Assembly (NCBI GenBank): GCA_964435835.1
Contig: CAYSZX010000001.1
Span: forward strand, 8,197 to 72,196
DNA length: 64,000 nt
Source: an uncultured Candidatus Saccharibacteria bacterium
GTDB lineage: Bacteria; Patescibacteriota; Minisyncoccia; Minisyncoccales; JANBVM01
Direction: 5' to 3'
The translations under genes were made by a program, and so were the position numbers. Below, one piece after another: positions 30,181 through 39,258 of the stretch. A model generated the notes under the pieces. It saw nothing but the letters and a program-made list of their open reading frames with translations, was not told where the DNA came from and did no database searches. Within the stretch, counting starts at the first letter, position 1. Every line of letters starts with the position of its first letter.

Positions 30181-31251
30181 TTAATCGATATCAAAAATAC
30201 TAATAATTTGTCTCAAGAGAGAAATAATAACTGGAGCTGGCATTAAACTATAAGAATCCTTACCATCATCATCTTTAAAAACCCATGGTCGTTCTTCCGT
30301 TTTAATTTCGCCTGTTTCTTTATCTCTAGTCAAAACATATTCAGGAGTAATTTCGTAGTCATCAACTAACTCCTCAGCTTTATCAACAGGAACAGAATTT
30401 CTTAATAATATTTTAGGTATCCCGTGCAGTGAAAAAGCTTTTTGAATTAAATTGTCATCTCTTTCCAATCTTTCCTGAATATTTTCTATACCTAATTCAT
30501 CTCCTTCTTTAGCCACCATTCTAATCTTTTCACATTCAGGATTATCACAATACAAAAAGAATTCGTCCTTTTTATCGTCGTAACCTTTTTCCGGCGTTGG
30601 AAGTAATTTTAAATTTCTTGAAGTTTTACATTTAGGACAAATTCTTCTCCATTTAATTCTTTCATCAATAACATTCTCAGGAACATCAATTAAAACAAAA
30701 ACATCAGGGTCACCCCTGTAACCAATCAAGTCTCTAAAAAATAACGAAAAATCAATTTGGCCTAAATTTCTTGGAAAGCCATCCAATAAAAGAGTTTTCT
30801 TTTTAGATTGAGAAACTTCTCTTTTAATTAAAGTTAGAATTAATTCGGTTGGCAATAATCTTTTAGTACTTCTATTTTCTAAACTTTCAATAATTTCATC
30901 AACAGAATGAGTTCCTCTATAATTCTTTCTTAAATACTGAAATAATTCTTTTTTCTTTTCTTCATCAGCTAACTCTTCATCTACTTCTCTAATCATATCC
31001 CCAACTGAAAAATGTCTTATCAAATCATCCCCGATTAAATTAACCAACATTTTAGAATAAGTTCCTTTTCCTGAATTCTTTTTACCTAACAAATAAGCAA
31101 TAAAAGTACTGTCTTTTAAATAATTCCTTACTTTCTTAATCTCATCTCCTGCTTTTAATTGAAAGTACTCTTTTTGCTCTTCGGGATTAGTAAGATCAAA
31201 ATCTTTATCAACCCCTTCCACTTTAGTTTTACACAAAGGAAATTTGCTCAT
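30181..31251 (-). CDS. Long adenylate-kinase-like nucleoside monophosphate kinase
   Basis: P-loop GKKNSGKGT, SVGDMIR, LLDGFPR, lid CPKC...CDNPEC. Confidence 0.8.
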   Translation of the reverse strand: MSKFPLCKTKVEGVDKDFDLTNPEEQKEYFQLKAGDEIKKVRNYLKDSTFIAYLLGKKNSGKGTYSKMLVNLIGDDLIRHFSVGDMIREVDEELADEEKKKELFQYLRKNYRGTHSVDEIIESLENRSTKRLLPTELILTLIKREVSQSKKKTLLLDGFPRNLGQIDFSLFFRDLIGYRGDPDVFVLIDVPENVIDERIKWRRICPKCKTSRNLKLLPTPEKGYDDKKDEFFLYCDNPECEKIRMVAKEGDELGIENIQERLERDDNLIQKAFSLHGIPKILLRNSVPVDKAEELVDDYEITPEYVLTRDKETGEIKTEERPWVFKDDDGKDSYSLMPAPVIISLLRQIISIFDID

Positions 31252-31256
31252 ATTAT

Positions 31257-32108
31257 TTAATTAATTTTAATATTTTCACCATTAGAGATAATCTCAATAT
31301 CTCCATTTAAATCTGTTCTTAAAATACTTATATCATATTTACCTAAAACCTCCAAAATTTCAGGAGCGGGATGATTATAACGATTATCTCTTCCAGCAGA
31401 AATTACTCCAATTTCAGGACTAACTAACCTAATAAAGTCATCAGAAGAAGAAGTTTTGCTGCCATGATGAGCAACTTTTAAAACATTGGATTGAATATAC
31501 AAACCTTTTTCAATAATGTCTTTTTCATCTGAACTAGTTATATCACCAGTAAATAAAAAAGAGTTATTGCCAAAGACTAGACGAAGAACAATAGAACTAC
31601 TATTAAAATCTTTAACCTCTTCCCTTTTTAATTCCTCGAAGGGATACAGGATATCAAAATAAACCTGAGAGGTTTTAATCTTTTTTCCAGAAAAGCCTAT
31701 CTCTTCTTTGAAACCTCCGTTTTCTATTAACCTCTTCCATTCATTATTTTCTCCAGTTTCTTTTAATAATCCATTCCATAAAACATAATCAACCTGGTAT
31801 CTTTTCAAAACTTCTATCAAGCCACTCAAATGATCATGGTCAGCATGAGTTAAAACAATCAAATCAATAGACTTATCCCAGAAATCCATATTCTCACCCA
31901 ATTTTTCTAAAACTGCATCCGTAGGTCCTCCATCAATTAAAATCTGATAATTCTTAGGAGTTTGAATAAAAATAGAATCTCCCTGGCCAATATCAAAAAA
32001 ATCAACTCTTAAAGGATAAACACGCACCAAACTATAAACAACACTCCAAGCAAGTACGTTCAAAAAGACTAAAGACAATAAGATAGTTTTCTTGTTTCTT
32101 TTTTTCAT
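31257..32108 (-). CDS. ComEC/Rec2-related metallo-beta-lactamase fold protein
   Basis: DIGQGDS, LIDGG, THADHDH, LFTGD, KVAHHGS, N.Y.HP, RTD.NG. Confidence 0.9.
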   Translation of the reverse strand: MKKRNKKTILLSLVFLNVLAWSVVYSLVRVYPLRVDFFDIGQGDSIFIQTPKNYQILIDGGPTDAVLEKLGENMDFWDKSIDLIVLTHADHDHLSGLIEVLKRYQVDYVLWNGLLKETGENNEWKRLIENGGFKEEIGFSGKKIKTSQVYFDILYPFEELKREEVKDFNSSSIVLRLVFGNNSFLFTGDITSSDEKDIIEKGLYIQSNVLKVAHHGSKTSSSDDFIRLVSPEIGVISAGRDNRYNHPAPEILEVLGKYDISILRTDLNGDIEIISNGENIKIN

Positions 32109-32122
32109 TTTTTAATTATAAC

Positions 32123-32150
32123 AAAACGCCCAACTTAAAGTAATTGGGCG
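32123..32150 (-). terminator. Intrinsic terminator after small Zn-ribbon gene
   Basis: cgcccaa...ttgggcg stem followed by ttttg on minus strand. Confidence 0.6.
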
Positions 32151-32171
32151 CTTTGCAAAAGTGAGAATAGA

Positions 32172-32354
32172 TTATTTTTTGTTAGGTAGAATTCTAAACA
32201 ATCCTGTTCCACAAACAGAACATTTATCCTTTAAAGCTCTTCTTTTAGTATTACCTTTTCCTTTCATTTCAACTTCTTCCGGATCTTCCATTTCTCTCTT
32301 TTTTTTGCACTTTACACAATAGGCTGTGTATTTTTTGTCTTTATCGTCTGCCAT
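32172..32354 (-). CDS. Small zinc-ribbon protein (DUF5679-like)
   Basis: AYCVKCKKKREM...C.VCGT.LFRI; promoter TTGACT-17-TACAAT upstream (about 32417-32445). Confidence 0.75.
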   Translation of the reverse strand: MADDKDKKYTAYCVKCKKKREMEDPEEVEMKGKGNTKRRALKDKCSVCGTGLFRILPNKK

Positions 32355-32456
32355 ATTTTTTTTGTTGATCAACAATAATTAACGACCTTTAAAATTAACC
32401 TTTTTTAACTTTATACATTGTAGGTTTAAGGGGGAATATAGTCAAGTACAAAATAA

Positions 32457-33011
32457 CTACAATTCTAAGTCTTCAGAAATATTTTGCATCGAAAGCAAAA
32501 CAATTTCTATTAACTCTTTTAAAGACAAATTCAAATATTCTTTACATTTTTTAATGTTTTTTCTGCTAACTCCTTGGGCAAACCTCTCTTCTTTAAAACG
32601 ATTTAAAGCATTTTCAACTTTTAAATCTTTTATCTCTTTTGAAGGTAAAACCAAAGTAGCAGCCACAATTAAACCAGTCAAAGAATCAATACAAAACAAA
32701 GACTTTGCCATTAATCCTTGCGGAGGAATTCCATGAGCTTCATTATGAGCCAAGACAGCATCACAAAACTTCTCATTAAAACCTTCTTTCTTTAAAATCT
32801 CGGCTCCCTTCTTTGAATGTAAGTTCGTATCGTCTTTAGTGATTTCATAATCAATATCATGTAATAAACCACAAATTCCCCATAACTCTTCATTTTTATC
32901 AAAATGTTGAGCCAAACCCTTCATTCCTGCTTCAACAGCTAAACTATGCTTAATTAAATTTTTATTTTTTAAGTTTTCTTTTAATAAATTAAAAGCATCT
33001 TTTCTATTCAT
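32457..33011 (-). CDS. HDIG-domain metal-dependent phosphohydrolase
   Basis: KHSLAVEA.M, GLLHDIDYE, H...G, AH, D.LTGLI, FA.GV.R; start at MNRK. Confidence 0.85.
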   Translation of the reverse strand: MNRKDAFNLLKENLKNKNLIKHSLAVEAGMKGLAQHFDKNEELWGICGLLHDIDYEITKDDTNLHSKKGAEILKKEGFNEKFCDAVLAHNEAHGIPPQGLMAKSLFCIDSLTGLIVAATLVLPSKEIKDLKVENALNRFKEERFAQGVSRKNIKKCKEYLNLSLKELIEIVLLSMQNISEDLEL

Positions 33012-33069
33012 AATTGATGTGATAAATAAATTAATATATAATCGGAATATAATATAAATATAATTAAAA

Positions 33070-34011
33070 ATGCAAAAAGACACAAACAAGATTTACGTTG
33101 TCGGCCATAAAAGTCCCGACACTGATAGTATCTGTTCAGCCATAGCTTATGCTTATTATTTAAACAAAAAAGGCAATGAAGCTATAGCTTGTCGAAGTGG
33201 AGAAATAAATAAGGAAACAGAATATGTTTTAGATCGCTTTAATTTCGAAAAACCTCAACTTTTAAAAAGCGCCAAGGGGAAAAATATAATTCTTGTTGAT
33301 CATAACGAAAAAGAACAATCCCCAGACGATATAGAAGAGGCCAATATTGTGCAAATTATTGATCACCATAAAGTTAATTTTAAACACAATAAAGCTATTG
33401 CTTTCTACGTAGAACCAATTGGTTCCACAGCAACAATAATAACAAAACAATTCTTAAAAGATCCAGATGTTGAATTAACAAAAGAAGTAGCTGGTCTTTT
33501 ACTCTCAGCAATATTATCAGATACAGTAATCTTTAGATCTCCAACCACAACAAGAGAAGATGTAATTTTAGTTAAAAAATTAGCCGAAGTAACTGAAATT
33601 AAAAATATAGAAGAATTTGGTATTGAAATAAAAAAAGCCAAATCTTCCTTAAAAGGATTAAAACCTAAAGAAATAATTTTAGATGATTTTAAGGAATACA
33701 AATTTGGCAAAAAGAAAATAGGATGTGGTCAAATAGAAGTTTGTAGTTTAGAAGAAACAAACAAAAAAGAAAAAGAGCTTCTGCAAGAAATAGAAAAGAT
33801 AGCAAAAGAAAGAAATTATGATCTTCTAGTATTAATGGCTACCGATATCATTAAACAAGCTACTAAGTTCTTATTTTGGGAAAAAGAAAATTATATGGAA
33901 AAAACCTTTGATGAAAAACCAGAAAACAACACTCTTTACATTAAAGGAATAATGTCTAGAAAAAAACAGGTTATTCCTCCTCTAACTAAAGTTTTTTCTG
34001 AAAATAAATAG
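33070..34011 (+). CDS. ppaC: Manganese-dependent inorganic pyrophosphatase (family II, DHH)
   Basis: GHKSPDTDSICSA, LVDHNE, IDHH, GSTATI, AILSDT, SRKKQVIP. Confidence 0.95.
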   Translation: MQKDTNKIYVVGHKSPDTDSICSAIAYAYYLNKKGNEAIACRSGEINKETEYVLDRFNFEKPQLLKSAKGKNIILVDHNEKEQSPDDIEEANIVQIIDHHKVNFKHNKAIAFYVEPIGSTATIITKQFLKDPDVELTKEVAGLLLSAILSDTVIFRSPTTTREDVILVKKLAEVTEIKNIEEFGIEIKKAKSSLKGLKPKEIILDDFKEYKFGKKKIGCGQIEVCSLEETNKKEKELLQEIEKIAKERNYDLLVLMATDIIKQATKFLFWEKENYMEKTFDEKPENNTLYIKGIMSRKKQVIPPLTKVFSENK

Positions 34012-34024
34012 AAAATAAATTTTT

Positions 34025-35293
34025 CTATCTATCTTTCTTAATAGTTTTTGCAACTCTTTCTACTGCTAAAAGATAAGCTGCTTTGTTCAAGCTTATCTTT
34101 TTTGATTTAGATAATTTCCAAACTTCATCAAATGATTTGCCTAAACTTTTTTCAAGGCCTTCAAATGTTTTCTTCTTATCCCATTTACTATCTTCTATGT
34201 TTTGTAGCCATTCAAAATAAGAAGCAGTTACCCCACCTGCATTAGATAAAATATCAGGAATAATAGTAATATTTCTTTTTTCTAAAATCTTTCGAGCTTC
34301 CTCGGTAATAGGATTATTGGCCATAGCAATAATATGTTTAGCTTTAATTTTAGAGGCATTATCTTCAGTAATGACATTTTCTACGGCTGCTGGGACTAAA
34401 ACGTCTACTTCGGCCTCTAAAAGCTCCTTATTGCTAATTGTTCTTCCTTCTTCCGCATCACAAACCGAACCTTTACAATAACAGCCAGCTATTTCTCCTT
34501 TTTCTTGTCGACATTTAAAAACCATTTCTGGATTTAGTCCTTCTTCTTTTAAACAAACTCCTCCTCCGTATTCAGACAAATAAATAATTTTATAACCTTT
34601 TTCAAAAGCATACTTAGCAAAATGAAAACCAACATTGCCGAACCCCTGGATGGCAAGAGTAGTTTCCTCGGGCTTCAAACCAATAACTTCTCTCAATTTT
34701 TCTAAAACAACAACTCCTCCGTAACCAGTTGCTTCCATTCTTCCTTTTAATCCTCCTTTCTTTAAAGATTTCCCAGTAAAAGAAGCCGGACTAGATTCCC
34801 CTTTTAATTTAGAAAATTCATCAACCATCCAAGCCATTATTAGGGCATTAGTATTCATATCAGGAGCAGGAACATCTTTATGAGGACCAATTAAAGGAAA
34901 TAATTTTCTAACATAACCACGAGAAAGTCTTTCCAGTTCTTTTTTACTTAACTCCTTAGGATTAACAATTACTCCTCCCTTTCCTCCGCCAAAAGCAATA
35001 CCAGCTAATGAACATTTCCAAGTCATTAACATTGATAAAGTCTTAATTTCCTCTTCAGAAACTTTTTCATAAAAACGAATACCTCCTTTGTAAGGACCTA
35101 AAGCATTATTATGCTGAGACCTATAAGCAGTAAAAACTTTGGTTTTACCATTATCCATCAAGACAGGAATTTGAAACTTAGCTAAAAAATTAACTTCTTT
35201 CAATTCCTCAATTAAATTAGAATCTAAAGATAATTCTTTTGCTATTTTAATAAATTGATTCTGAGCCTCTTTAAAAATATTATTTTCTTCCAT
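34025..35293 (-). CDS. gdhA: Glu/Leu/Phe/Val dehydrogenase, most likely glutamate dehydrogenase
   Basis: GPYKGGIRF, MTWK, GGGKGG, DVPAPD, FTGK, EATGYG, QGFGNVG, NAGGV..SYFEW. Confidence 0.92.
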   Translation of the reverse strand: MEENNIFKEAQNQFIKIAKELSLDSNLIEELKEVNFLAKFQIPVLMDNGKTKVFTAYRSQHNNALGPYKGGIRFYEKVSEEEIKTLSMLMTWKCSLAGIAFGGGKGGVIVNPKELSKKELERLSRGYVRKLFPLIGPHKDVPAPDMNTNALIMAWMVDEFSKLKGESSPASFTGKSLKKGGLKGRMEATGYGGVVVLEKLREVIGLKPEETTLAIQGFGNVGFHFAKYAFEKGYKIIYLSEYGGGVCLKEEGLNPEMVFKCRQEKGEIAGCYCKGSVCDAEEGRTISNKELLEAEVDVLVPAAVENVITEDNASKIKAKHIIAMANNPITEEARKILEKRNITIIPDILSNAGGVTASYFEWLQNIEDSKWDKKKTFEGLEKSLGKSFDEVWKLSKSKKISLNKAAYLLAVERVAKTIKKDR

Positions 35294-35308
35294 AGTTTAA
35301 GATTTATA

Positions 35309-36427
35309 TTAAAACTCTCCCCGAACTCCGTCTTGAGACAACTGAACATTAAGAGGGGTAATTTTATTCTTCTTCCATTTTTCAATAATCTTTTCTGAAG
35401 AATTATTAAAAATAATACCAATTCCACAATCTCCTCCGCCTGCACCTGACAACTTACCAACACCTCCCTCATGATTAACAATATCGCTTAAAACTTTTAA
35501 TTTTTTAGTCTCAATATTAACTTCACTTTTTTCTCCTAGTTCTTTTAAATAGGTTCTATTCTTTTTTAAAGCAAGAATAATTTTCTCTTTATCTTCCTTT
35601 TGCCAAGCCTCTATTAATTCTTCAGTGATATCAGCTATTTTATTCATTAGTTTTTTATACTCCCTCTTATTGTTTTCTTTCCATTGATACATTTGTCTAA
35701 CCATTTTTGGAGTCGAAGAGGCATTGCCTGTCCACCCCACTAACAATTTAAATCTTTTAGGAATATAAAGAGAGTCAATATAAAGTTCCGGCCACCTCAT
35801 ACCCACAATTTCACTAAAACTTCTATTCTTTTCAATTTGTTCAACCAACCAAGACGGATCAAACCTTTTATAAGTAATAATTCCTCCGAAGGTAGAAGAG
35901 GCTATCCCAAAACCCGATCCAATTTTTTCTTGGGCCAAATAATGAGAGATAGCTGCTAATTTGTAAATTTTACCTTTGGAGTCTTTTCTCTTAATATCTT
36001 TTCCGTGAAACTTTAAAAGACTAGAAACCACCGCCACTGTACTAGCAGCAGAAGCTCCAATTCCCACCGAAACTACTTTATCATTAATTTTAGTAGTTAC
36101 TTTTTCTCCCCAAACAGTAATTTCAAAAGGTTCAACTTTATCTAAATAATTGATAATAGCTTCAATTGCTGATTTTACAAATAAAATATCTTGCTTCTCT
36201 TCTTTACTAATTTCTTTTTCAAAAACTAATTTATTATTCTTAATAGAAGCTTTTAATTTTTTAATTCCAAAGTCTTTAATCGAAATATAAATAAAATCGT
36301 CTTTTGATTTTTTTGTTTCAGCAAAAATTCTTCTGTTTACAGAAGCTACTATTAAGGGATTACCTGTTTCTAAAACAGCCCATTCCCCCGCAAGACAAAC
36401 CTTTCCTGGAGCCGAAACCTTTACCAT
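35309..36427 (-). CDS. Phosphomevalonate kinase-like GHMP kinase
   Basis: SAPGKV.LAGEWAVLE, GIGASAA, SH..AQ..GSG, GWTG..SST, GKLSGAGGGDCG; adjacent to mvaD. Confidence 0.82.
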   Translation of the reverse strand: MVKVSAPGKVCLAGEWAVLETGNPLIVASVNRRIFAETKKSKDDFIYISIKDFGIKKLKASIKNNKLVFEKEISKEEKQDILFVKSAIEAIINYLDKVEPFEITVWGEKVTTKINDKVVSVGIGASAASTVAVVSSLLKFHGKDIKRKDSKGKIYKLAAISHYLAQEKIGSGFGIASSTFGGIITYKRFDPSWLVEQIEKNRSFSEIVGMRWPELYIDSLYIPKRFKLLVGWTGNASSTPKMVRQMYQWKENNKREYKKLMNKIADITEELIEAWQKEDKEKIILALKKNRTYLKELGEKSEVNIETKKLKVLSDIVNHEGGVGKLSGAGGGDCGIGIIFNNSSEKIIEKWKKNKITPLNVQLSQDGVRGEF

Positions 36428-36430
36428 AAA

Positions 36431-37426
36431 TTAAAATAAATGTTTATTAGTAATTCTAGAACCTTGACCAGGTTTAGTAATAATAATATCTTTTACTCCT
36501 TCTATCTTTTTACACTTTTTCTGAATCTTATCAACATCTTTTTTTAAGCAAATAATTTTTACCTGAGGACCAGCATCAATAGTAAAATAAGACTCTAATC
36601 CTTCTTCACGCCAACCCATAATCGATTTTATAATTCTTATTGTTACATCATTCCAATAAATCAATGAAGGTTTTGTGGTCATCATTACCGAATGCATTTT
36701 TAAACAGTTCCTTTCACTGACTTCCCCAACAAGACTAAAATCTTTTCTTTGAAGTCCTTTCTCTATTTCTTGAATATCCTTTTGAATACTTAATAACCAA
36801 CCACTATACATTGGAGAAGTACTAACGCTAGCTGCCATTCCCGCTCTTGATTTAACTTTCTTTTCTTGTCTAGAAGTAATACAACAAATCATTCTGAAAT
36901 CAGACCAATCATTAAGAATTTGCTCAGCATAAGAATCAGAACCATCTGGCTCTTCTCCTTTATACCATTTTACAAATCCTCCAAAAATAGATCTGGTAGA
37001 AGACCCGGAACCCTGTCTACTTAATTGACTAAGCTCTTTCTTAGCCAAATCTAGATCCAAAGCATCGTTAATTGCCGCCGACAAAGCAGAAAAACCAGAA
37101 GCTGAAGAAGCTAAACCAGCTGCAGTAGGAAAATTATTTTCGCTCATAATTTTAACTTTTAAATCTTCTCCTGTTTTTTCCCTTATCTTTTCTAAAAATC
37201 TTCCAATATATTTTTTATAATTTTTAGTATTTTTTTTAACTTTTTCCCTATTTAAAATAAAAATATCTTCGGAATATTTTTTGTTAAATTCAACTGTTGT
37301 ATGAGTTTTTAAAGTATCAACAGTCATACTAATACTACTATTATAAGGAAGAATAAGATTCTGATCTCTTTTTCCCCAGTATTTAACTAAAGCAATATTA
37401 GGATGTGATATAGCTGAAGATTTCAT
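36431..37426 (-). CDS. mvaD: Diphosphomevalonate decarboxylase
   Basis: NIALVKYWGK, NNFPTAAGLASSASG, GSGS..RS, K.V.SR.GM, FTIDAGP. Confidence 0.95.
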   Translation of the reverse strand: MKSSAISHPNIALVKYWGKRDQNLILPYNSSISMTVDTLKTHTTVEFNKKYSEDIFILNREKVKKNTKNYKKYIGRFLEKIREKTGEDLKVKIMSENNFPTAAGLASSASGFSALSAAINDALDLDLAKKELSQLSRQGSGSSTRSIFGGFVKWYKGEEPDGSDSYAEQILNDWSDFRMICCITSRQEKKVKSRAGMAASVSTSPMYSGWLLSIQKDIQEIEKGLQRKDFSLVGEVSERNCLKMHSVMMTTKPSLIYWNDVTIRIIKSIMGWREEGLESYFTIDAGPQVKIICLKKDVDKIQKKCKKIEGVKDIIITKPGQGSRITNKHLF

Positions 37427-37428
37427 AT

Positions 37429-37707
37429 CTATTTTTTATTTATCTTAATAGCTTTACCTTTAATTAAAGCTTCAGCGATTTTTTCATGAGCAGAAATCAA
37501 AATTCTACTTAAAGTACTTTGAGAAATCTCCATCTTTTTGGCTGCTTTAACCTGACTAATTCCTTTTAAATTACAAAGCCTAATTGCTTCTAATTCAGCA
37601 ACCTCTAAAGAAATCTCTTCCAAATCTCTAAGAGGAACGGCAACCGGTTTAAAATAAGTAACACCGGGATCAAATAAAACTTTTCTTGGTTTTCTTGGTC
37701 TTACCAT
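37429..37707 (-). CDS. DUF134 family HTH protein
   Basis: RPRKPR.V..P...YFKP...P, ELEAIRL, Q..AA..M.ISQ.T..RIL..A..KIA.AL..GKAI. Confidence 0.88.
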   Translation of the reverse strand: MVRPRKPRKVLFDPGVTYFKPVAVPLRDLEEISLEVAELEAIRLCNLKGISQVKAAKKMEISQSTLSRILISAHEKIAEALIKGKAIKINKK

Positions 37708-37714
37708 AATAAAA

Positions 37715-38221
37715 TTACTCTGGAAGAATTCCTAAAGTATTATTAAAGCGATTAATATAATTAAACAACCCAACAACAGAAACAATTTCCACTATCTGAA
37801 CCTCTGAAAATTTATCTCTAATCTTTTCAAGAAGCTTTTCTTGATCAATAAGAGCATTATCAGTAATATCTTTTACTAAATCTAAAAGTTCCTTTTCTTG
37901 ATCAGTGGTATTTTTAATTTCATCTAAAACCTTTTCAGTAGCTCCTAATTTTTTAATCATTTTTTCGGTAACATCAACACAAAAAGGACATTTTAATTCT
38001 TTAGAAACAGTATAAGCAATTTTCCATTTCAAAAGAATGTTTATTTCTCCTTTTTTCATAACAGAACTAAATAGCTCTGTAAATTCTTTTAAAATAGAAG
38101 GAGAATGAGCCATTACCCTAACCCATTCAGGAACACTTCCTGTTTTCTTCTCAAATTTTTGATAAACTTTTTTAGCAACATCATTAACCTCTTTTTTACT
38201 TAAAGGAGGAATTATAGCCAT
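37715..38221 (-). CDS. AhpD/carboxymuconolactone decarboxylase family protein
   Basis: VP...RVMAHSP, CPFC, EIVSVVGLFNYINR.N..L.I.PE. Confidence 0.82.
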   Translation of the reverse strand: MAIIPPLSKKEVNDVAKKVYQKFEKKTGSVPEWVRVMAHSPSILKEFTELFSSVMKKGEINILLKWKIAYTVSKELKCPFCVDVTEKMIKKLGATEKVLDEIKNTTDQEKELLDLVKDITDNALIDQEKLLEKIRDKFSEVQIVEIVSVVGLFNYINRFNNTLGILPE

Positions 38222-38281
38222 AAAAAATAAAGTTATTTTAATAACTAAAAATAACACAAAAATAAACAAAAATACAGAAAA

Positions 38282-38303
38282 AGCTTCTCACAAATGAGAA
38301 GCT
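38282..38303 (-). terminator. Intrinsic terminator after DUF5320 gene
   Basis: agcttctca-tttg-tgagaagct then tttt on minus strand. Confidence 0.65.
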
Positions 38304-38318
38304 CCTCTGTAAACTAAA

Positions 38319-38543
38319 TTATTTTTCGGATTCTAGTTCCTTGATCCTTTTCTGAAGAGCTTCAACTTCCTCTTCTAACATTTCTTTTTCTTGTTTCTTG
38401 CTAACTGGTGCTCTATAACCCCATCCGCATCCTCTACCAAACCCTCTACCAAACCCTCGTCTACAACCACCTCCGCAATAACCCATTCCTCTTCCTGTCA
38501 TTGGACCAAGACCTCTAGGACCTGTTTTATCAAATCCTGGCAT
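38319..38543 (-). CDS. DUF5320 family Gly/Arg-rich protein
   Basis: MPGFDKTGP.G.GPMTGRG.G.C, GFGRG repeats, C-terminal coiled coil; promoter TTGACA-17-TATACT at about 38586-38614. Confidence 0.85.
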   Translation of the reverse strand: MPGFDKTGPRGLGPMTGRGMGYCGGGCRRGFGRGFGRGCGWGYRAPVSKKQEKEMLEEEVEALQKRIKELESEK

Positions 38544-38645
38544 ATTTTTTCTAAATTTAAAATTAATTATTGACCTTTCATTATAAGTATATACCCATAA
38601 CAATATACTGTCAAGAAAGGAAAAGCTTAATTAATTTTAAGTAAT

Positions 38646-39185
38646 TTACTTTAGTTTTCCGGAAATTAATATTTCGTAAGTATTTTCAGATTCACAAGCT
38701 TGAATATGAATAATATCTTCTTCGTCTATCATAAAAGCATAACCTGTTCCCCTACTACTGTCATCTAAACCCTTGTCCCATTCTAGTTCCCCTTCAGGAC
38801 TAACTGGTAATTCCCCCAAATAACCTTTATCAGCCAAATCAGATAAATCAAGACAATAATTATCGTCAAAAACCTCAACATCCGAAAATTCATTAGAATC
38901 ATCACATCCTTTAATTTTAGGACCTCCAACAATCATATACCAGTCCTCTCTATACAAACCATCTATTTCTTTAAACAAGTCTGCATTTCTTTTATCAGAT
39001 TTATAATTTCTAAGGGCGCTCAAAATAGAAGTAACATCTTCCCATCTTTCCGCATCTCTAGCTTTTTTAAATTTTCTAATAGGATCAAAATAATATAAAA
39101 GACCAGCAATAGTAATTGTGACAAGAGCAACTATTACTAAAGGCTTTATTAAACTCACACTCCTATTTTCTTTTTCTTTTTCCAT
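38646..39185 (-). CDS. Type IV pilin/pseudopilin-like protein with degenerate cleavage motif
   Basis: Hydrophobic helix then DP...F..ARDA.RW.DV..IL.A, YL..LP..P, TGY; lacks G-F-T-L-x-E. Confidence 0.65.
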   Translation of the reverse strand: MEKEKENRSVSLIKPLVIVALVTITIAGLLYYFDPIRKFKKARDAERWEDVTSILSALRNYKSDKRNADLFKEIDGLYREDWYMIVGGPKIKGCDDSNEFSDVEVFDDNYCLDLSDLADKGYLGELPVSPEGELEWDKGLDDSSRGTGYAFMIDEEDIIHIQACESENTYEILISGKLK

Positions 39186-39258
39186 TTTGTGTTTTAAATT
39201 ATTTATCAATAATCTTTGTTTATTATAAAATTTATTGGAAAAATAAGAAAGTTAATTT

